NCBI RefSeq assembly: GCF_000142905.1
Contig: NW_013657679.1
Span: 126,657 to 190,656 of the forward strand
Origin: Thecamonas trahens ATCC 50062
Taxonomy: Eukaryota > Protista > Apusomonadida
Direction: 5' to 3'
DNA length: 64,000 nucleotides
Part shown: positions 56,831 through 64,000 of the stretch, piece by piece
Layout of the letters: every line of letters begins with the position of its first letter
Numbering within the stretch: the first letter of the stretch is position 1
Notes under the pieces: generated by a model
Database searches by the model: none
The model's input: only the letters and a program-made list of their open reading frames with translations
Told to the model about the DNA's origin: nothing
Position numbers and translations under genes: made by a program

Positions 56831-57645
56831 CTAGGCAGGCGGGACGAGTGAGTAGGCAACCATGGAAAAGTTGTACTCGTCCGGGTTGGGAGCCATAAAG
56901 TAGGTCTTGATGGCGGCGGCAGCGGCGGCAGCGACACCGTCGGCAGAGCATCGGGCCAGTGGGATGGGACCAGGCTTACGGCCGTCGAGCTCGTAGAGGA
57001 TGCCATCGTGGAAGGCAAAGCAGATAAAGTGGGCAGCGATAGAGGCCTCGGACTCGGGCTGAGCTGACTGACCCTGCGAGGCGGTACCGTTGTGGAGCGA
57101 GCGAATGCGCTCGTTGGCGGCAAAAGTCTCGCCGCGGACAAGCGGAGTAGCCTCTGCCACCGAGTCGAGGAAGCCCCGAAGGATCGAGTCGTCGGCGAGG
57201 TCGAGGGCCGAGACAGTGTTTGCCAGAGCATGAACCATGGCGATGGTCCCGCATGCGTTGCCAAGCTCATCGATCTGGGTCATGTAAAACGGCGGGTCTG
57301 CAGGCGCCCCATCATCGCCGTACACCGACTCGGGATCGGGACGGTCGACCTTGTTGAGCCCCGAGGGCCTGCAGAGGAGGACAGCCATGACCGGCTGCGG
57401 GAGGAAGGCAAGCATGTCGTCATCGAGGCCCCAGATGTCGGAGAACATGCACTTGCCCTCGGGCACACCCAGATTGGCAGCAAACTGTGTGGTTGAAGGG
57501 TGACGTGAGTGGGGGAAGGAGGGGAGGGAGGGGGGGGAGGGGGGGGGGGGAGGAGGGGGGGGGGGCGTACATTGGTGAACACCTCGGGGTTGGACTCGAC
57601 GGCCTTCCAGCGGTCACGAGCATCGGTGGGGGTAGCGGCGGACAT
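56831..57645 (-). CDS. UCHL3: Ubiquitin C-terminal hydrolase (peptidase C12, UCH-L3/Yuh1-like); exons 57645-57571 and 57484-56831
   Basis: WKAVESNPEVF, Q...NACGT (catalytic Cys), HFICF (His) and LYELDGRK (Asp). In-frame GTACGC...CACAG intron. Confidence 0.93.
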
Positions 57646-57913
57646 GAGTGTGAGGGGTGTGGGGATGGGTGAGAGGAGTGTGTGAGTAGGTAGGGGTCGT
57701 GGGGGCCGTGGGGGCTGGGGAGGTTGCGGTGGTGGTGGGTGGAAGGTCTGTCAGGTTTGGAGCGTGAGCAAGAAAAGAAGATTCGTCACGCTACGTCGCC
57801 GTCAAGCAGATGACATCCATACTATGTGTTACTCGATGTACTGTCTTTGTCTGCCAGTCTACGTCACGTACAGCCGATCGATGCGCTGCTTGCTACAGCT
57901 GGGTGGGAGCGTG

Positions 57914-60569
57914 TTAGGCAAGCTGCAGACCAAGGGGATACTCCAGAGTGTAGGCGAGGCTGAGGGCGTGCGGGGCGCCCTGGGCGAGGGAGAGGTTCCA
58001 CTGGACAAGGCCGGTAGTGGCGTTGACGACGGCGTTGGCGTCCTTCTTGGTCGGGGCCTCGACCTTGAGCTTGATGCGGGTGTCCGAGACGACCGGGATC
58101 TGGTCGCGAACGCGGATGTGGACGGGCATGATCTTGAGTGACTGGACGGCGATCTTGGCGGCGAACTTTTCGACGACACGCTTGGACGACGGCGTCTTGT
58201 TGTGTGTGTTGAGGGCGTAGTGGACCTGGACTTCGGGGTCGGATCCGACAAAGACCTCGGTGACCTCGCCCGGCGAGAACGAGTCGAGGTGTGTGGCGGT
58301 GACAAAGGCATTGTTGAAGTAGACGTTGGCCGGGCCGGCGATGAACGCCGTCTGGGTGGTGTTGGAGAGCTGGACACGGAGGAAGGCGTGCGGCGAGAGC
58401 TTGGGGATGCAGTAGTAGATGTTGGCCGAGGCGAGAGCGTCCGGCGGCTTGACCAGGACGCGCTCGCGGGCGCCTGACGCGATGGTCGCCCGAGTCTGAA
58501 CGTTGAACTGGGCGGCCGGGGCGGCGAGCATGGCGGCGCGGAGCGCGAGGGTGTCCGCGTCGACATCAGGCGTGCCCGAGCCGGAGCCCGAGTCAAAGCC
58601 GTCGGACGACGAGTCGGCGCCCGACGGCGAGGCAACGCGCTTGTGGTGGCGCTTGCGGCGGCGGCGGGCGCGCCGGGCGGCAGACGAGGCAGCAGCGCCG
58701 TCCGAGCCGTCGGGCGCAGCGGCCGAGTCCGACGCCGACGTCGAAGCCAGCGGCGCTGGCGAGCCGGAGCCATGCGGGCTAGGAGACGAAGAGGCGCCGA
58801 TGCCGGCCGCGAGATCAACCGGCGACGAGGGGCCGGGTGCGGCGGCGCGGAGCACGTTGGGCGCCATGGCCGGGATGTCGCCCGAGGTCTTCTTGGCAGT
58901 GGAGAGGACCAGGGCGACGTCAGCCCACTCCTCGCCAGTGTGCTGCTCGACAATGCCGTGAAAGTGGAGCGGGACGCGGACGCCGCCGGGCGCGGCCATC
59001 GTCTGCTGCTGCGGCGAGATGCGGACGTCGTACGACGGCGTCCACCACGCGCGCGAGGTGGCATACGAAAAGTCGAGCGAGACTTGGCCAGTCGAGTGCG
59101 AGCCGAGGACGATGGTAAACGTCCGTGTCACGTCGAGTGTCTCCGAGTACTGCGCGTCCATGGCGTCCATGAGCGAGTGGATGCGGCGGTCGACGTCGTC
59201 GATCTTGAGCTTGAGCTCGGTCCGCTTGCGGTCGTGCTCCTCCAGACGGCGGTGGTAGAGCTCCAGAAAGGCGTCAAAGGCCTCGAGCGACTCGCGGGTC
59301 ATGGCGTCGGGTGTGGCCGTCGCGTCGGTCCGGGTGTACTTTTTGGCAAACTGCTCGATGAGCGCGAGCTCCTTCTCCAGGCGCTCGCCAGCCTCAAGGA
59401 ACTTGTGCCGCAGCGCGTTGAGCTGGTCGAGCTCGTGGCGCTGCTTGTCGACGTTGGGCGACTCGGAGACGCGGAGCTTGGACGACTGCGCGTAGTGGGT
59501 CTCGATGATGTGCAGCGGGCAGTTGGTGACCTTGAACGACTTGGGATCCACGTGCGACGCGAGGCCGGTCACCACGATCTCGTGCTTGCCCGACTCGGTG
59601 AACGGAACAGAGATGGCACGGCGGACCCGTGCGCGATCAGGGAAGACCGTCACGGCGCGCACCGGACACGCAGAGAGCTCAACCTCGTGCCGGGTCGTCG
59701 GGCCTGAGAACGAGCTGTACGTCATCGCCGACGGCTGTGAGTACCCACCGTACCCGCCTCCGTATCCGGATCCGCCGCCGTATCCACCGGTCGAGCTCGG
59801 AGATGAGAAGCCCGTGTAGCCCGACGGCGCCGCGCCGCCAAACTGCGGCCGCGGCGAGCCTGCCGCGCCCACGCCGCTGGCTCCTGATCCCGGCCCGTAG
59901 CCCTGCCGCGGGGCGACCGCCGGCGCACCGTTCTGGCTCTGGCCCATGCCTCTGGTCTGTGCCCCGCCGCTCACCTGCTGCTGTTGCTGATGCTGTTGCT
60001 GATGCTGTTGCTGCCCAGCAGCAGGTTGCTGCTGCTGCTGCGCCGCCTGTGCCTGTGCCGCAGTGTTGGGTGCTGTGCTCCTCTGCTGCTGCAACGAGTT
60101 CTGACTCGTACCAGCGTTTGTCACAGCACCCTGTTGCGAGACTGAGACTGTAGATCCGCCGACTGAAGCAGATAGTGGGAGAGACGAAGCAGGAGGCGCG
60201 CCACAAAATTAGTGTTGTCGTGAGGGGGAGGGGGGAGGGGAGCCGGGAGGGGGGAGGGGCGGGCAAAGGAAAAGGAAAAGGGGCACGGGGGGGGGGGGGG
60301 AGTGAGTGGATGAGGTTGAAGGTGGTGGTGGTAGGGGTGGTGGTTGCTGTAGTGGGTGGAGGGTGGAGGTGGTGGGGGTGGGGGGGGTTGGCCCAACTGA
60401 CGACAGTTTGCCAGTGCTCGGGTGGCCATGGGGGTAGGGGTGGGTGGTGAAGAAGGGGGAGGGAGGGAGGGAGGGAGGGAGGGAGTGATGAATACGTACC
60501 CGGTGTGCCACCGACAGGGGTCCCGCCAATAGGGGTGCCTCCAATAGGGGTGCCTCCAATGTATGACAT
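57914..60569 (-). CDS. DUF4140/DUF4139 (MuiA-like) protein with a Gln/Gly-rich N-terminus; exons 60569-60500 and 60162-57914
   Basis: VTVFPDRARVRR, AWWTPSYDVR, VEQHTGEEWADVALVLST, GPANVY and VRDQIPV. In-frame GTACGT...TTCAG intron. Confidence 0.85.
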
Positions 60570-61066
60570 CCACGTGAGGGTGTGAGACGGGTGTGATGCT
60601 TGCAGGGGTGTGGAGGGCGGCTGTGGGCGGAGAGGGGAGAAGGGGCGAGGAAAGGCGGGAGAGCAGAGCGATGAAGAGGAAAAGTGAGTGAAAGGGGTGT
60701 AAAGTAGTCAAGTTAAGCGTAGGCTACGAGGATGGTGTAATGATGGTGTAGATAGAGGAAGCGAGGGGAAAGAGTGGACCGGGAGGGGGGGGGGGACGAG
60801 AGCCAGCAGGAACTTGTCATTGATGGTTGCTGTACGATTAACGTTGGTCGGTTGCAGGTCGGTCGGTTGGTCAGTCGGTTGGCCGGTCGGTTGGCGCCAT
60901 GCGATCAACCTGCCTGGTTTTGGACATGGCTCGACCAAGGATGGCCGGGAGAGAGACGGGTGCAAGTAGTGGAGGGAGCGATGGTCACTATCATACTCAT
61001 GGCCGTTGCTCAAGATGACAAAGACCACCTTTCTCTAGTTGTATCTTGTACCTGGTTGGCCTCTTC

Positions 61067-62068
61067 ATGCCGGCCACCGCGACGGGGACGCTGCCAGGCA
61101 GCAGGCGACGAGGCGGCGGCGGTGGCGGCAAGTCGGAGGGAGTACAAAGACGAGGGCAGACGCAAGGAAGTGAGCTCCCGTTGCCACCTATGCTTGATGG
61201 GCCAGTGGCAGGGAAGCTGTCGTCGACATGGGTGGCGGCAAGGGTCGAGGACTCGCTGCGGAATGCGGAGCGGGTGACCGAGGCGGCGGCGGGCGCGCGG
61301 CGAAGAGCAGGCCAGCTGCCAAACAACACATCCGCCAGCGGGCCGGACAGGGAGCGGAGACAATGGCGCCGGAAGAGAAGAAGGAGAAGAAGGAGTGGAG
61401 ATGACGAGCAGGGTGCTCGGGCGGCGGGGATCGGGGGCATGCTGGTGCCGATCGCGCCGATGCTGAGTCCTGAAGCCGAGGCCGCGACGCGGGCGCTGAC
61501 CAACAAGGCTGAGCTGGAAGCCGCACGGGTCAATCTGGAAATGCATCTGCATCCCAAGGCGTATGCGACGCGGGCACTGGAGCGGATGATGCAGAAAAGC
61601 AGCTCCAGGGTGGAGCGACGGCCCGAACTTGGAGTGGCGCCGTCTCCGCTGCCACCACTCATCAGATGCACGCCGGCGGCAGCGCGGGTGGTCCGTGGCC
61701 TGCCCCCGCTGCCAGCATCGGCGGGAAATGGGCGCGAGGCTCGAGCCAAGGCCTTTGCAGAAAAGAGTCGGCAATGGCGGCCTGACGGCCTGACGCTCCC
61801 GCCGACCCCGCACTCGCTGCCGCCGCTGATGGTGGCCATCCGCCTGCCACGTCGCGGCGGCGCGAGTCCGCCGTCACCGTCGGCGCGGCCGAAGCGGCGC
61901 TCGCAGCACAAAGCTCACCATCCAAATCAGATGGGAGCCCCTCGGGGAACATGCTGCTGTCGGATGCGACGGCCGCAGCTCACGCCCGCGCTCGCCGGTG
62001 GCCTGGGCGTGGTGATCGGCGCGGCCGCTGTCGGCGCAGCCGCCCTCGTTGTGTATCTGTTTGTTTAG
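61067..62068 (+). CDS. Hypothetical basic tail-anchored membrane protein
   Basis: Long ORF ending in CCC followed by the hydrophobic C-terminal segment LAGGLGVVIGAAAVGAAALVVYLFV. Confidence 0.55.
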   Translation: MPATATGTLPGSRRRGGGGGGKSEGVQRRGQTQGSELPLPPMLDGPVAGKLSSTWVAARVEDSLRNAERVTEAAAGARRRAGQLPNNTSASGPDRERRQWRRKRRRRRRSGDDEQGARAAGIGGMLVPIAPMLSPEAEAATRALTNKAELEAARVNLEMHLHPKAYATRALERMMQKSSSRVERRPELGVAPSPLPPLIRCTPAAARVVRGLPPLPASAGNGREARAKAFAEKSRQWRPDGLTLPPTPHSLPPLMVAIRLPRRGGASPPSPSARPKRRSQHKAHHPNQMGAPRGTCCCRMRRPQLTPALAGGLGVVIGAAAVGAAALVVYLFV

Positions 62069-62082
62069 AGCTCACACAGCGA

Positions 62083-62526
62083 TCAGATAAAGACGCCTCC
62101 GTAGTCCTCAAGCAGGCGAGCCTCCTGCGAGTCCTTGAGCGCGTCGGCAGTGAGAGCGAGCGCGGCGTCTTTGTCGAGCGAGCCACAGAGGGCGACAAAG
62201 GCTGCGTACACGGCAAGCCGCTGTCCCGACAGGCCGTGGCGCGGACCGCGCGACGGGGCCAACTCCAGCTCGTCCTTGGGCTCCATGACCAGCGCACCTT
62301 CATCATCATTATCATCGACCAGCTCTTCCAGCTCCAGCCGCCTCCCTCCGGCTGTCTCTTCACCCCGAATGGCTCCGCCAAGCCTCCGAGCCGACGGACT
62401 CGCAGTTGCCGCCGCCCCAGCCCGTGCCCTCCCGCCGCCTGTTCCCCTCCGGCTCGTGCTCCGACGGCCTGACGACCGCGGTCGACTTGGAATACGCCCT
62501 GGTGTTGCAGTGGTTAGCCGTGGCAT
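62083..62526 (-). CDS. Hypothetical 147-aa protein
   Basis: ATG-initiated ORF whose stop abuts the convergent neighbour; helical-looking C-terminus. Confidence 0.45.
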   Translation of the reverse strand: MPRLTTATPGRIPSRPRSSGRRSTSRRGTGGGRARAGAAATASPSARRLGGAIRGEETAGGRRLELEELVDDNDDEGALVMEPKDELELAPSRGPRHGLSGQRLAVYAAFVALCGSLDKDAALALTADALKDSQEARLLEDYGGVFI

Positions 62527-62601
62527 GGCAAGTGGAGTGTGGGGGAGAGGAGAGGGGGGCGAGGGGGGAGGGGGGCGAAGACGCAGGCGTTTGATCGGCA
62601 G

Positions 62602-62643
62602 CCTTGATCAAGCACCGCTTGATCAAGCGGTGTTTGATCAAGG
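62602..62643. repeat. 42-bp near-perfect palindrome containing three TTGATCAA sites at 15-bp spacing
   Basis: CCTTGATCAAGCACCGCTTGATCAAGCGGTGTTTGATCAAGG equals its reverse complement apart from one G.T pair. Confidence 0.9.
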
Positions 62644-62745
62644 GCGATGACGAGGTGGAAGCCAGCCAAAAGCAGCTCACACATACTCGTGGCGGTACAG
62701 AGACGACGACGGCTAGACTCATCTCTTATCAACTCTCAACAGGAA

Positions 62746-64000
62746 ATGACATTGTGGCAGAGAGCGGGCGCAGTGGTGGGCGCGATGGCGGTAGTGGGCG
62801 GGTCTATGGCGGCGGCAGCCTGGGCTGTCCGTAGAGTCCGGTTGAGCGCGTGGCGTGGTGAAGCGGCTGTGACCGACGAGCGTGGTCAGTATCTGCTGTC
62901 GGTGCCAGAGATCGCTGGTGCTGTGGCTGAGGCGGTGACGGATGTCGATAGCGCTGATGATGCCTCCAAGCTGCGGGCGCGGAGGCTGTCGGGCGGCATG
63001 TCGAACTTTCTCTTTGTCCTCCTCGAGGCCTCGGACGGCTCTGTCGTCGGCCTGATGCGAGTGTACGGCGCTGGCGCCGACGCCACGGTCGTCCGCGCCG
63101 ACGAGGGTGCCGTCTTTGGTGCGCTCTCAGACGCCGGCCTTGGCCCGGCGCTGTTAAGCGAGTGGGCCGGCGGGCGGATCGAAGCCTTTGTCGCCGGCAC
63201 GCCCGTGGAGTCGCGGACGCTCGGCCGGCCCGAGTCGGCGAGCCTTCTCCGCGAGATCCTCGCCAAGGTGGCGGCGATGCACAAGCTGGTCATTCCCAGC
63301 GGGCTCAGCTCATCGTCACTTGCAGGCGTCGAGAACTCGATGCTCTTCCACCAACTCGGCAGCTGGCTCGGGCAGCTGGAGGAGGCAGCGCAGGAGGGGC
63401 GCAAGGTCAACGAGCAGCGGCGGCTGCTGCTGACGCTGCCAGACATGCCTGTTTCGATCGAGCTGCGAGCGCTGCGCGACCACGTCGAGTGGCTCGAGGC
63501 CAAGTGGCGGGCCATGGACGGCGTTCGCATGGGCCTCTGCCACAACGACCTGCACGGCGGCAACATCATGGCAACCGCCGACGACGAGGTTGTCCTCATC
63601 GACGTCGAGTACGCTGGGTACTCGATGGTCGGTGTCGACCTTGGCAACATGGCGTGCGAGATGATGCACTCGTACGAATGCGAGAACCACCCGGGCTTTG
63701 TCGTCCGGGCCGACGAGTTTCCATCGCCCGAGACCCGCGCCGCCATGGTGGCGTGCTACCTTGACGCTGCCGGCGAGAGCAGCAACGATGCCGCCGTCGC
63801 TGCTCTCATGGCGCAGGTCGATCTCGGCATCCTCTCCTCGCACCTCATGTGGGCGCTGTGGTCGTTTATCCAGGCGCGGACGTCGGACATTGCCTACGGC
63901 TACACCGCGTACGGCCTGCAGCGGCTCGACCAGTTTGTCCACGGCCGCAAGGCCAGCACAGCCGCCGACGCGGCAGCCAAGGCCGCGCTCGCGAGCGAGG
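62746..64000 (+). CDS. Choline/ethanolamine kinase, 3'-partial (absent from the ORF track because it has no stop in the window)
   Basis: Own translation gives LSGGMSN, MRVYG, GLGPALL...GGRIEAF, Brenner motif CHNDLHGGNI, LIDVEYAG and SHLMWALWSFIQ. Confidence 0.92.
   Translation, partial: MTLWQRAGAVVGAMAVVGGSMAAAAWAVRRVRLSAWRGEAAVTDERGQYLLSVPEIAGAVAEAVTDVDSADDASKLRARRLSGGMSNFLFVLLEASDGSVVGLMRVYGAGADATVVRADEGAVFGALSDAGLGPALLSEWAGGRIEAFVAGTPVESRTLGRPESASLLREILAKVAAMHKLVIPSGLSSSSLAGVENSMLFHQLGSWLGQLEEAAQEGRKVNEQRRLLLTLPDMPVSIELRALRDHVEWLEAKWRAMDGVRMGLCHNDLHGGNIMATADDEVVLIDVEYAGYSMVGVDLGNMACEMMHSYECENHPGFVVRADEFPSPETRAAMVACYLDAAGESSNDAAVAALMAQVDLGILSSHLMWALWSFIQARTSDIAYGYTAYGLQRLDQFVHGRKASTAADAAAKAALASE

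Noticed and set aside
1327-63942. Many long antisense or alternative-frame ORFs (for example 1327-2391, 29904-31658, 41723-42904, 53655-54926, 62886-63746)
   Set aside because: These are shadow ORFs expected from high GC and codon bias opposite recognisable genes, and they carry no independent motifs

Overview
GC-rich, gene-dense, intron-poor eukaryotic nuclear DNA from a protist draft assembly with one 100-N gap. The style is compatible with an apusomonad such as Thecamonas, but that is inference and not shown. About 33 protein-coding genes, mostly housekeeping: Pth, papain-family protease, cofilin, GH31, FZL-like dynamin, PP2C, WDR89, GT23, eL28, DDX11, TopBP1, LRR protein, GH47, DPP-IV/9, UBXN7, pelota, TFIIB, FAM172A, PMCA, THOC6, UCH-L3, DUF4139 and choline kinase. 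Twelve 5'-proximal GT-AG introns were reconstructed by hand. Highlights not visible in the ORF track: (1) an intron-split SelW/Rdx selenoprotein gene with a CxxU motif and a canonical SECIS in its 3' UTR; (2) a 617-bp non-autonomous piggyBac element inserted at the TTAA that contains the protease stop codon; (3) a membrane-anchored, bacterial-type solute-binding protein that appears circularly permuted; (4) an FZL/bacterial-type dynamin with a mitochondrial-like presequence; (5) a 42-bp triple-TTGATCAA palindrome and other distinct short repeats in divergent promoters; (6) seven one-base-short frameshifts, six at homopolymer runs, which are probably sequencing errors. No rRNA, tRNA or CRISPR array was recognised.
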